From: Somniosus microcephalus
Lineage: Eukaryota
DNA: 64,000 nt
Assembly (NCBI GenBank): GCA_052327205.1
Contig: CM126223.1
Location: 37,386,001 to 37,450,000 of the forward strand
Reading direction: 5' to 3'
Position 1 is the stretch's first letter, and each line of letters starts with the position of its first letter. Position numbers and translations under genes: made by a program. Of the stretch, positions 24,496 through 37,000 are shown one piece after another. The notes beneath the pieces were generated by a model. It was not told the DNA's origin. It searched no databases and worked only from the letters and a program-made list of their open reading frames with translations.

Positions 24496-26377
24496 AATGA
24501 AGCCTAGAGAGACAGGCCTCACTACATACTGGCACCAGTCCAAGTTGTTATTATATTCATCAAGTCAGAAAAGAAGCTTTAAAGTGTCATCAGTAGTCAT
24601 GGTCAGATATCATCTTCTACTGACTGGCATAGAAGCTGCAGCTAAGGAGGGCTTAACATTTCCTTTGACACTGTTGACAGAGAGCGGAGGAAAGGTTTGC
24701 AGTGTGGGTAGGTTAAATTGTGCTAGGGAGAAGAAATAATTTCAGTGCAAACTCAAGGGCGTCTCTGGGCCTTGCTAATGCCAGCATGTCACTCCAAAGC
24801 TGCCCTTTGCTGCAGAGCGCAGCACCAGGAGATTGCAGGAAGCGAGCTGTCCACAGCACAGGGAAGGCAGTGGCTGTCTTGACAAATGACATCATCCAAT
24901 CACCTTGCTGAAGGATGGCAGGAGCTCTGAGGCTTTCATCATTAAAGCTTGCCTGGGGTGGAGGCTTGTGTAGTGCAGCTCACTGGAGGAGCTGGTAAAA
25001 ATTTAATGCACTCTGTAGACTGGTCATGTCATACTTTGTTATGGCAAATAATCCCAGATGTCTGCAAGCACTAAAATGGAGCTGTAATGTTCTTCCCTCC
25101 TAACCCAGGCTGACAAGAATGATGTACGACTACCATTACCAGGAAAATATCACTTCAACTAACCCATGATCCGGCTCCGCTAAGGGTCATATTATCCAGG
25201 AGGAACAAATTACACTCCCAAAGTAAATACAAATTTTCTACATGAAATGGGTATAAAGCAGGGAAAGGGGCGATATGTTACCTCTGACAACACGCTGAAA
25301 AGTGACATTGATGATAAACTACTTGACAAATCATTGCCTGACAGAGCATTCTGGCACAATCAACCGCTGCCTCGGCCTAGTAAGCATGCACTCAAGCCTG
25401 TAAACACAATCTTCTACCCTCGGCAGCAAAAAAGCCACATAATCCTTTAACATCCATGTGTACTGCTCTTATTTCATTGCCTTTACTGTTCTCTGGGGGG
25501 GAAGCTGTGTATTAAACATAAGGCATAAAATGAATCAGATCATACACATTTGCTCTAAATTACCTTTATATCTTAAGAGACTTGGAATATGATTGCCTTA
25601 GGCTGAACAAAGAAACAAAGTATGCTGCTGATGGCATGTGTTTGTATGGTTCTTGCATTGCTTGTACCCTAGATCAGTTTAATATGTAAACCACCTTTAT
25701 AAATCTCTACGATATGCCAAAACCATGTTAGAACAAAAATTTGCAAGCCATGCCCTCTAATTGAAGATTGATGGGAAACCCTCCCTTTATCACACAGTTT
25801 ATTTATGGCTTAGGCAGAGTCTTAGAAAGACGGGGAACAGGGTTAAATTTACACTCGCTCGTCTGCTCGATGAAAGAACCGCGGAAACCCAGGAAAAACA
25901 GCATAAATGCCATTTTCCAGTGGTTACCGTGGCCTTTTCATGGAAGTCACAGTGGTGGAGCGGGAGAATCCCCGCGGAAATTCACCTCCAGTATAATTAC
26001 TGTGGCGGTGGGGGGCGGGGAAATGAAGACAAAAGTGAATAGGGGTTTTCAAATCCAGACATTTCGGATTTAAAGCCGGCTGCCAATGCAATTTCCTGCC
26101 CTTGAAAGCTCCAATTGTAGAGGAACATAGGAACAGGAGTTGGCTATTCAGCCCCTCAATCTGTTCCTCAACTCCATTTATACAGACATCCTGTATCTTG
26201 AAGCTGTAATGAAGACTGAACTTCAGAGCAGTGATCTTTAGGTGACGCAACTCAACAGGAATACTGGATAAATGCCACAGAAATGTTCGTCCTTGGAAAA
26301 AATGACCCCTCTGGAATCTTCCCAGTATCACCAAGTTTGTCTGTATTTCAAAGACCGAGTCACAGCATCTAAAACAG

Positions 26378-26964
26378 AGCCCCATTTTTAACCCAGGGCG
26401 CATTTGGGACGGGAGGGGATTCCTTTATGGATTCCTCGTCCGGGCCGATGGGAATGATGTCAGAGCCGGCGGGCAGGAGCGGGAATTCAGACGGGAGGCC
26501 GACACTGCTGGGGACTCAAGGGAACTGTCCCCTGTATTAGGTTAGTGCTGGGAGGAGGGGGTCCCCAAAAGAGTGGTGGGAGGGAGAGCAAAGCCCAAGG
26601 GTTGGGGATTCCTTCTGGGGCCCACAATGAAACCTCTCAGAAATGAAAATAACATACGTACCCTGACCTCTTCCGCCCATTCTGCTGCCTCCCGCCAGGT
26701 GTCACTGGCAAATTTAGCACCTTGCGGGCCTCCTGCGATTTTAAGTTAAAATTGCGTGGCGGTGCCGATGACATTATTGGGCAGGCTGCGACTTTCACGT
26801 TTTCATTGGGTCCCTGCCTGCCCGTGGCGGGTAGCCTCCAGGCCGCTGAATCCTGGCAGATAAAATGGTGGGGATCAAGATCACTGCGTTCTTTCACCTG
26901 GCCGCCATCTTAGTCACCCGTCCCCACTGTTCCTGCTAGGCGGGCTGAGTTAAGAATCAGGGCT
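26378..26964. mobile_element. MITE-like element (putative Harbinger type)
   Basis: Imperfect TIRs AGCCCCATTTTTAAC / GTTAAGAATCAGGGCT around a CpG-rich non-coding body; no clean TSD. Confidence 0.55.
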
Positions 26965-27399
26965 AAAGAGTTGTACTATTTTCTGGACACAGGCATCGGG
27001 GGAGGGGTTGGGGCGTTATGTCCATTCAAGTAGCTCTATCATCACAGGCCTCTGTAGCAGGCTATCTGCCACCACTGTGGATGATCCAAGTTAGTCTCGT
27101 TCTCAGTGCAGGATTGGGAAGGACAGTTACAAGTGATTTTGAATACATCTCGACCCGGACATTTTCTGCCTGGATTTAAACAGTTCCTTCCGGGACATGG
27201 AAAAATGGGGGAGTGCAGCCTTTGCCCATCAGCCAAGGATTGAGCAAGCCCCTGGTACCAGAAATGCCGATCACTGGGATCTTGCCATTATGGGGGTGGA
27301 AACCTGAGCGTTGCTGCAGGAGTTAAAAGCCTGCCCACCAAAAAAATACAAAGTTCCAGCAGCTTTGACAGCTCTTCAGCAGAAGGTGGTCGATAGATT

Positions 27400-27600
27400 G
27401 GCAGAACAAATTAGAGCACCAGGTTCACAGTGAAAATGCTTCTCAGTGAAGTTCGGCAGAGGAGCGAGACATTACTGAAAGCCCTACAATATTGTCCAGC
27501 AAGGAGAGCAGCACAGCAGCAGTAGTCAGGCAGTCAGTGCCGACCCCACAGTCCCACACAAAGCAATGCAGTGGCACAAGCAATTTAACCCTAGTTTCAG
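27400..27600 (+). pseudogene. Harbinger Myb/SANT-like DNA-binding protein remnant
   Basis: Across frameshifts reads AEQIRAP.F..VKMLLSEVRQR...AVSA...AMQWHKQFN, resembling the RAPRF...LLxEV...QCRKRFNDL pattern. Confidence 0.5.
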
Positions 27601-27885
27601 GTCTGGAAGGTGGAGACATCCACACCCTCCAGGAATGCATTGAAATAAGCGCAACTGCAGCTTACAATCAACTCCCCTTCACTGTGTTGAAGCGCTTTAA
27701 CAACTCACCATCAATGCCCATGAGGCCCCCCCATGTTGAGAGATTGCTCTCGCCAAGGATGGGGATGGTTTTCAGGAGGGGACACCAGTGGGAGCTGTGC
27801 AAGCTGAACCGCGGAGAGAAGGGACCTCAGACGAAGGCCCCTTTGTGGTGGAAAGGGATAAGATATAGAGAGGACTATTTGTGCG

Positions 27886-29532
27886 ATAGCAAAATACTGC
27901 GGATGTTGGAAATCCGAAATAACAACAGAAAATGCTGGAAAAACTCAGCAGGTCAGGCAACATCCGTGGACAGAAATTTGAGTTGACGTTTCGGGTCGAA
28001 CCCTTCTTCAAAACTGGAAAGAAAAGATAGATCGGAGGCAGGGCTGCGATCGGACAAAAGAATCAAGAAACAAAAGAAGTAAAAAAGAGACAATAAAAGG
28101 TGTTAGAAGCTAGACGAGATGGTAATAGGCTGAGATTGGGTGTAAAGTGTACTAGCAGGGCAAGGGATAGCTGCCAGGTGTGAGAGCGAAACAAAAGGAA
28201 AGGGGGGGGGGGGGAAGGAGTGGAAAAATTACAAGAAAAAATGAAATAGGGGCCGAGGTTATGATCTGAAATTGTTGAACTCGATATTGAGTTCGGAAGG
28301 CTGCAGAGTGCCTAATCGGAAGATGAGGTGCTGTTCTTCGAGTTTACGTTGAGCTTCCGTGGAACAATACAAGAGGCCAAGGACGGTGAGGTCCGAGTGG
28401 GAATGGAGCGTTGAATTACAATGACAGGCGACCGGAAGCTCGGGGTCACCCTTACGGACTGAACGGAGGTGTTCTGCAAAGCGGTCACCCAATCTGCGTT
28501 TGGTCTCCCCAATGTAGAGGAGACCGCATCGTGAGCAGCGAATACAGTATACTAGATTGCGAGAAGTACAAGTAAATCGCTGTTTCACCTGGAAGGGGTG
28601 TTTGGGGCCCTGGACAGTGGGAAGGGGTGAGGTATAGGGGCAGGTGTTACATCTCCTCCGCTTGCACGGGAAGGTGCCAGGCGAAGGGGAAGGGCTGTTT
28701 GGGGTGATAGAGGAGTGGACTAGGGTGTCTCGGAGGGAGCGGTCCCTGCGGAATGCTGAAAGGGGAGGGGAAGATACGTTTGGTGGTGGGATCACTTTGG
28801 AGGTAGCGGAAATGCCGGAGGATGATCCGTTGAATGTGGAGGCTGGTGGGGTGAAAGGTGAGGACAAGGGGAACCCTATCGTGGTTCCGGGAGGGAGGGG
28901 CAGGGGTGAGGGCAGAAGTGCGGGAGATAGAACTGACACGGTCGAGGGCAGTGTCAACCACAGTAGAGGGGAATCCTCGGTTGCGGAAAAAGGAAGACAT
29001 GTCTGAAGCACTGGTGTGGAAGGTGGCATCGTCGGAGCAGATACGGCGGAGACGGAGAAACTGGGAGAATAGAATAGAGTCCTTACAGGAAGTGGGGTGG
29101 GAGGAAGTGTAGTCCAGGTAGCTGTGGGAGTCAGTGGGCTTGCAGTGAATATTGGTCGATAACCTATCCCCAGAGATGAAGACGGAGAAGTTGAGGAAGG
29201 GAAGGGAAGAGTCAGAGATGGACCATGTGAAGGTGAGGGAAGGGTGGAAATTGGAGGCAAAGTGAATGAAATTGTCAAGTTCAGGACGAGAGCAGGAAAC
29301 GGCACCGGTACAGTCATCAATGTATTGGAAAAAGAGGTGAGGGAGGGGACCCGAGTAGGACTGGAACAAAGATTGTTCCACATAGCCCACGAAAAGGCAG
29401 GCATAGCTAGGACCCATGCGGGTACCCATGGCAACACCTTTGATTTGGAGGAAATGAGTGGAGTTAAAGGAGAAGTTGTTCAATGTGAGAACAAGTTCAG
29501 CCAGGTGGAGGAGGGTGGTGGTGGATGGGGAC
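27886..29532 (-). mobile_element. Penelope-like element (RT + GIY-YIG), 5'-truncated
   Basis: ORF 28647-29609 (GVAMGTRMGPSYA, YIDD) frameshifts into 28259-29437 (LVYCIRC...YIGETKRRLGDRFAEH); TGTGCG on both flanks (27880-27885, 29533-29538). Confidence 0.93.
27981..28015 (-). ncRNA. Minimal type I hammerhead ribozyme motif (core C3 mutated)
   Basis: Minus strand AGTT-TTGAAGA-A-GGGT TCG ACCC-GAAA-CG-TC-AACT: helix I AGTT/AACT, helix II GGGT/ACCC, palindromic ACGT helix III. Confidence 0.75.
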
Positions 29533-29569
29533 TGTGCGTTGGCTAGATGTACTGGTTGAGAGAAGGTCT

Positions 29570-30350
29570 CCCATATCAGATTGGTATGAATGCCTCTTGC
29601 AGCTAGCAATGGGTTGCCCTAGGCACCCTCTTCTGGCTGCTGCTGCGATGTGTCTGGCCGACCCAGCCCCCCACCACCTCCCCCTCCCTGCCCCCTCCCC
29701 CCCCCCCCCTCCCCGCTGCCTTCCTCCTCCGGGGCCTCCATGATGAGGTTTCTTTGTAAGCCAAAACTGTGCAGCTGGCAGCACACAATCACAACCCTCG
29801 AGAACAGAGTTGGACTATATCGTAGAGCATCCCCCAGAGAGATCCAGGCACCTGAAGCACTTCTTCAAAATCCCAACTGAGTGGTCTACGATGAATCTGT
29901 TTAGTAGAATGGATCCTGTAATTGCAATGCTAAGCTGGTATCCTGGGAAGGTGCACAGGTATCATCAGCCATAGTGGTAGGGGTTATCCTTAATCTCCCA
30001 GAAGCTACCCACCGGCTTGCTATACTGGATGAGAGTGCAGATACAGTGCACTGCTTTATAATGAAGACATTGTAGCAACAGCGGGATGAAAAGTGAGCAT
30101 TTACCTGCATGATGTGATACTGCTGGTTACAAATGAGCTGGACATTGAGAAAGTGGAATCCTATCCTGTCGAAATAAGTGGCAGCACTGATCAAGGGAGC
30201 AAGTATGGCCACAGAGGTGAAGTCTATGACTCCTTGGGCCCTGGGGGCTCCTGGCACTCTGTGAAACTGCAGTACCCTGCCAAGCTGCTGGCTGTTATCT
30301 CCTGGGGAAGGTGATGAACGGACACGTTCTGGTAAACAATGCACCTGTGG
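29570..30350 (-). pseudogene. PIF/Harbinger DDE transposase remnant
   Basis: ORF 29901-30344 PRAQGVIDFTSVAILAP...RIGFHFLNVQLIC matches the GAIDCTH...NRKGFHSLNVQLVC pattern; downstream frames give LLGD, ILKKCFRCLD and CCQLH. Confidence 0.8.
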
Positions 30351-30492
30351 CTTGCTTTATTTCTATGTGTACAACCGATTGATTAATCTTGCTGATGTCC
30401 CCAGTGGCCGTCTGAAATTGACCGAGCAGCATAAAAGTTCTCCATCCCAGTTATCTTGCCCGAAGGTGCTTTTGCATGGCCTAGTCCTGTCA

Positions 30493-30745
30493 GCTGGGCT
30501 CTGTTGGCAGCACTCTGGCCTCTCAATCAGAAGATTGTGGGCTCAGATGCCACTTTAGGAATGGAGCACAAAGTCTGGACTACCACTCCTGTGAAATATT
30601 GAGCAAGTATTGCATTGTTAGAGATGCTGTCTTTCAGATGACGTTAAACAGAGGTCTGCTGTGCAAACAACATCCCTCCTCAATCAATACCACCAGAAAC
30701 AGATCAACTGGTCATTCAGCTCACTGTTGTTTATGGGATCTTGTC
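30493..30745 (+). mobile_element. Deu-domain SINE, decayed with internal deletion
   Basis: tRNA-like head and tgctgtctttcagatg...ttatgggatcttg segments as in other copies. Confidence 0.6.
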
Positions 30746-31097
30746 ATGCATGTCAGTGTAGTTAAGTGTATGTAAATTTCTTGCCGGTGATTCAGAGAAA
30801 AGTGATAAAAAGTGATGTAAGTGCAAGACTTTCCTTTTATGGGCAGTGACCTCCACAGGTCATTCCCCAATGACCTAATTCAACGCTTTACCCAGTCTTC
30901 CTTTTATCCTGAAGGTGAAAGACTGTCAAAAAATGTAGCAACGGCACACACTTCCCTCCATCCCAAATGAAGAAATATTCATTCCAGAAATCAGGACATT
31001 TTGAAGGAAAGTGGCAGCAGAGCCTGATGCTTTATGACATGAAACTATGACATGAAATAATTTCTGGAGTAGTCTCTTTTCCTACCATTGATGGCGA

Positions 31098-31147
31098 GCT
31101 GACGGGAGGTACAGATTCATCGCTGACGGGAGGTACAGATTCATCGC
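31098..31147. repeat. 24-bp tandem duplication
   Basis: gctgacgggaggtacagattcatc occurs twice in tandem. Confidence 0.9.
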
Positions 31148-32105
31148 TTTAATCTTAGGCTAGCAAGGTAAGCGATTGTTTGGACTACAGGGGTGATTTG
31201 GTGATCCCGTGATCCCAGCAAGGAGCCAGACTCGTAAGAAGTGCGAATCAAAGAATTAGGGCTACAGTTTGTAACCCTCTCTCTGCGATTGCAGCTCCCT
31301 GCTCAGAATGCAATCATTTATTTAATGGCATAGAGTCAATGAGGATAATTCATACGGCGTAAAAGGGCTTCCTCATACTTGCCCTGATGTCACTTTGCTA
31401 CCATTCTGCTTTTAGTAACATCTCAGCTCGCTATCACCTTTCCTTAACAAGAACACAAAAAAGGAACCAAAAAAAAACCATTATTCTAAAAGCGAGTCCC
31501 TTTCGCAATACAGCAGGAATCAGCACTGGTCTCGGAACATGGAAGTGTTCAATTAAACCGCAAACATACACCGCAAGGATGGCAGTGCAATGACGTCTTT
31601 CAGGCCTCAGTGGTGAACTTAATGGGAAGCAGTGTGCACGCATCAATCACCACTGTAATTGATCAATTACATGCATCTCCAATGACAGCCAAACTCCATG
31701 GTAACCATCTGTACCTTATAGAGCCCCAGGTAGATTATTGCAAATAAGCGCACTACTCTGTAATCGTTCAATACCACTTTATGCCACTTCAACCAAATAT
31801 CGAGTTTCTTCCATATTTACCTGCATTTCATGAAAAACATTCCATGCTCATAAATGTTAATATTCATTACGCGCATCAATAAAACTGTACCGTGGATCTG
31901 CAAAGGAATAACACTGAGACAGAAAGTTTAGGGAGATGTGAAAATGAAGAGAAATTAGGGCAGGCATCATGATCTGACAGATAGCAGTTTGAGACCGATA
32001 ACCGTTTCGAACGAGAGGCTGATCTACCAGAGTTATATAGTCAGCTCAATATCACACTCTGGCTACAGAAAGCAGAGCTGTGTGTGTCAATGTGTTCCAC
32101 TCACT

Positions 32106-32860
32106 GGGGTAGAAATTGGTTTGCGTTTGTCTATTTGGGCGTAAAATGATGCAAAGCCTCCCAATTTAGCACCCAATCTGTGCAGGTGTTGGTCCCACTG
32201 CTAAATTTGTGGGGCTCTCTATTTAGGCATCTGCCTAAAAATGTAAATTAGGGGCCCAATGCCAGTTGAAGGACCCCATGGAGAAATTAGTCGGTGATCA
32301 GCGAGCTAGGCATCAGGCCTGCCCTGTTCAGGATTCTTTAGCGGCGCCCAACTCCAGGTAAGTTAAACATTTCAGTTTAGTTTTAAAAAAACGCATCCTG
32401 TGGAGATAGGACTCCACATTCCCCTCCCCGTAGCCTGCTCCAATCTCCCCTCCCCGTGACTTACCTGAGGGCCGCTTCCGGCGATGCGGACGGCCTGACA
32501 TTGGTGTCTTCGCTCGGGTGAGTTTGCTGATGGGGCCTGAGGACTGATTTCCATCCACCCTCCAGCCTCTCGGTTCAGGGACACACTGGTCGCCCAGGGC
32601 CGAGTCTGGGCCCCGAGAACTCATTTCTGGGCCACTGGCATCTGAATGCCGGTTACATTTTAACAGTTAACCTCGAGCCAGCTGCCTATCCAACTCGCCA
32701 CTAATACTGATAAGAATTAAAATGAAGTAAAAAAATTTCCATGCAGTCGCTGTTGATATATTGGTGCACATGGGGCCGCAGTTATGCCGCTGCGGGTGGG
32801 AAGCCAAAGCAATGCGAGAATGCCTCCCGGAGGCGACTCCTCCCCAGAATTACACCAATT
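32106..32860. mobile_element. Decayed Harbinger-type MITE (putative)
   Basis: Starts GGGGTAGAAATT like the MITE at 45509; CpG-rich non-coding body; right end uncertain. Confidence 0.4.
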
Positions 32861-32919
32861 GCTTTGATGAAATGCTGTAACCACTTTGCATTGATTGAAA
32901 CCGTATAGTATAACTATAA

Positions 32920-33278
32920 AGAAAGAAAGACAGACTTGCATTTCTATAGTGCCTTTCATGACCACCGGACGTCTCAAAGTGCTTTACAGCCAATTAAGTA
33001 CTTTTGAAGTGTAGTCACTGTTGTAATAACTATCCAATAAGTTGACTCCACTCCCAACTGTTCCAATTTCTGGAGCAGTAATAGCAAGCAACAACACACT
33101 GGCATGTGCATTATCCTACCAAATGGACATAAGAACATAAAACGTAGGAGCAGGAGTAGGTCATTTGGCCCCTCGAGCCTGCTCCGCCATTCAATAAGAT
33201 CATGGCTGATCGGATCTTGGCCTCAACTCCACTTCCCTGCCCGCTCCCCATAACCCTGGACTCCCTTACCTTTCAAAA
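32920..33278 (-). mobile_element. Deu SINE tail (32920-33030) and CR1 3' tail (33128-33278)
   Basis: Direct similarity to 22212-22320 and to the CR1 3' UTRs in this window. Confidence 0.75.
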
Positions 33279-33499
33279 TGGAGGACAGAGGGCAAAAGGA
33301 ATATGAATTCGGGCAATATTAATGTCACACGAAAAGAATAACAGAGGAATAGAGTATGAACTTTTCAAGACAGGAAGTCGAGATATTTTTTATCAGGATC
33401 AGAAAAGCAGGAAATTCAGCTCTACTTTGCGTCTAGACATGTTTCACGTAAGTGCACAACTGCACTGTGGTGGGAATCTGTAGAATAAAGTAAAACTAC

Positions 33500-33930
33500 T
33501 GTAAGAGCCATAAAAGCTTAAGAAAATACTTTAAAATATTGGTTAAATAGCATAATAGTTAATTTACCTGATTGACTTATTGTATTAAGAAATCCCCTAT
33601 TTTCTTGCTCCAGTAGTATAGTCCGAGACACCCCCTTCATTCTTGCCACAATGGTACAGTCCCTAAGCCACACATGGTATGCAGCCATTTTACAGTTTAA
33701 ACTCCACGTGGCTGAAGGAGGCAGAAGTTGTGAGGTTTGGAGCAATACAGTTTTTGACCGTGTTCGTTTATACGTGTTTGCTTTGTAATTCCGTTTGTGA
33801 AGTGTTATAGTAAACAGTTTAAAAGACAAAGCTACGTTTGGGAATGTTTTATTTCGACACGCGTCTACTCGTTGTTAACAGCCCCACAGCTCAGTGGCTG
33901 CCTGTTTGGAAACTAAGAAGCGCCACTACA
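33500..33930 (+). repeat. BEL 5' LTR (431 bp)
   Basis: TGTAAGAGCC...GCCACTACA; nearly identical to 40345-40777. Confidence 0.97.
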
Positions 33931-34092
33931 TTAGTCAAAAACTTGCTCCCTAAGAAGGAAAGGACGGAACCGTCGGCGAACGTATACATGAATGGTCACG
34001 GAGCCAGACGACAATATAAGAAAGCGAAGGTACAGTGACTGTTACTTGCTTTGTTCATTCTATTGAGAAGCTAAATAAGAGCTGCGGGTAAA

Positions 34093-37000
34093 ATGGCCGA
34101 AGCCTTACGGAGCCAGGAGCTTCCCCCAGCCAGAAGGATTGCTGGCCAAAAGAGGGAAATAAAGCTCCCCCCAAAGGCAATGGAAGAGAAGTTACATAGA
34201 AGCATAGGTGCAAGGAAGGCTAAATTAGCTCAGATAACTGGGAAAATGAAGATAATTGATCGTCTCATGGAAGATAATGCTAATATTAAGAAAGCTGAAG
34301 ACATAATGTATTACGATTTCTCCAAGCTGCATGAAGAATTTAATGTACTCAATGAAGATGTATTAGCACTTCTGTCTGAAGAAGAGGGAAACGCTGATCA
34401 GCACAACTGGTTTGATCTTAAATCAACCAGCATTAAGGACTATATCAAGGCCACAGAACAGTGGATGTTAAAGATTCGTCAAGATGCTGATACAGCAGAG
34501 AAAGAGAAAGTTGACGATGAAGTCGGACCAGACGAAAGCATTTCAGAGACTTCTGCCAGACCGAGCAAAAATCGAAAAGAAGGTAGCTCTGTTTCTGGAC
34601 GCAGGTCAGTCGCTTCTACCACAAGCTCGTCGCGACGCATGAGAGGAGGTTGAACGGGCGGCGTTGATGGCGCGCGCAGCATCTTTAGCGGAGAAGCAAG
34701 CTCTTGAACGGGAAGAGGCCCAACTGCAGGTCCAAGAGGCCCAACTGCAGGCCCAAGTGCAGGCCCAACAGGCCCAGGTGCAGGCAAAGAAAGAACAGCT
34801 GGAGATAAAAACAGCTATCGCGGTCTCAGACGCCAGGTTGAGTGCGTATGAAGATTATGAAGGCTCACGGGACGGCGGGAGCGAATACTGCCAATGTTGT
34901 CACATAGAGTTGGATCCAGGGCACCTTCAAGAGTTACAAGAGAGTCCGAAGGCAATCCCCTGGCATTACAGCGTGGAAGAGTGGCCTCTCCACTAACAGG
35001 AGCACGTGATGCTACCCCAGACGTCAGACGGTCTAGACTAGACCCTGCTGATGACCACCAGAGGCCTGAAGACACAGGGAGAAGCCTATACCGAGTGATG
35101 CAACGTCAGAACGAAATTACAGAGATGCTTGTAAAACAACAGAATCTGTTTCGACTCCCTCAAAGAGACATACCAGTGTTCCAAGGTGACCCACTCAAGT
35201 ATAAGCCCTTCATCAGATCCTTTGAACAAGCCATTGACTCCAAAACAGGGAGCAGCAGTGATAAGTTGTACTACCTGGGACAGTACACCAGTGGTAAACC
35301 ACAAGACCTGGTCAGAAGCTGTGAACACATGAAACCGGACCGGGGATACATAGAAGCCAGGAAGTTGCTGCAGGAGCACTATGGTAACGAGCTGAAGATA
35401 GCCACTGCATATATTGAAAAGGCTACCAAGTGGCCACAGATCAGATCGGAGGACGGAGAGGCATTGAACGCATATGTTCTTTTCCTCATAGGATGTCGCA
35501 ACACCATGGAGGATGTTGAATTCATGGAAGAGATGGACAATCCTACGACTATGAGAATCATCATCTCTAAGCTTCCTTACAGGATGAGAGAACAATGGAG
35601 AAGAACAGCCTTTGAGATAATGGAGAGACGGAAAAGTAGAGCCAGGTTTGCAGACTTAGTGAATTTCATAGACAAACAGGCTAAAATTGCTAGGGACCCA
35701 TTGTTTGGAAACATCCAGGACGCCAGCCCGACCACCGATGGAAGAGTGAAAGCCAAGCCTGTTGAATCAAAGACTCTCAGGAAAGGTGGTTCCAGGGAAG
35801 CAGCTTTGCAACTATCGTCACTCAGGCCGAGGAAGAAAGGCCCCAGAACTCATCTCCCAAAAAGAGCAGCACAGTGACACCTGCTAATGCCTTTCAGAAG
35901 CCATGCTTATTCTGCCAGAAGAATCATACATTGGATTTCTGCAGCGACATCAAAGCACAGCCACACAAGGACAGAATCGAATTCCTGAAGTACAACGGCC
36001 TATGTTTTGGATGTCTCTCTCAGGGGCACCTGAGTAGAAACTGTAAGCAAAGAACAACATGCAGAGAGTGCACTCGGAAACATCCCAGTCTGCTGCATAT
36101 CCATAAAGAAGAACAAGTCTCTAAGAAGAGTGAAGAAAACTATACCGACGAGAAGGTTGTTTCAAGTGCTCTGGTGTCGCTAGAACCAGAGACTTGTGGA
36201 CTCACTGGGGCCGGTGACAGTGATTGTATTCTTGCCATCGTACCAGTAAAGATCAAGTCTAAGAGGAGCGAGAAGCTTGTGGAGACTTACGCCTTCATGG
36301 ATCCAGGTAGTTCAGCAACGTTCTGCACAGAATCACTCATGCGACAGCTGAACGTTAGAGGCAGAAGAACAGAAATCCTATTACGCACCATGGGTCATGA
36401 GAAGTCAATGCAAAGTTATATCCTGTCAGACCTAGAAGTGTGTGGACTTGAAGAGAAGGACTTCATAGACCTGCCTAATGTTTTCACACAGAGGGAGATT
36501 CCTGTTAGAATAGGGAACTTAGCCCTGCAGAAGGATGTGGATAGATGGCCTTACCTAGAAAAGGTGCGTCTCCCACTCATTGAAGCAGAAATTGGCCTAT
36601 TAATTGGAACCAATGCCTACAAAACTATGGAGCCATGGCAGGTGATAAACAGCAAGGATGACGGACCCTACGCCGTCAGGACAGCCCTTGGATGGGTAGT
36701 CAATGGACCGGTAAGGAGAGATGGTGGCAACAAGTCGAACAAGGAGGAACGACAAAATGTCACAGTTAATCGCATCTCTATCGCAAGCATTGAAGAGCTG
36801 TTGATACAGCAGTTCAACGCAGACTTTTCAGAACGCAGCTGTGAGGAAAAGACAGAGATGTCACAAGAAGACCATCAGTTCATGGATTTGATGACAAGGT
36901 CTACACAGTTCATTGATGGCCACTATCACATTGGTTTGCCACTGAGAAGACAGACCGCGAAGATGCCGAACAATCGCTGCATAGCAGAGCAACGCGCCAT

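Noticed and set aside
29570-30350. Domesticated HARBI1 host gene
   Set aside because: Multiple stops, frameshifts and degenerate catalytic motifs indicate a dead transposon.
33518-33829. Duplicated 103/114-aa ORFs (also 40332-40676) as a gene pair
   Set aside because: They are antisense frames inside the two BEL LTRs.
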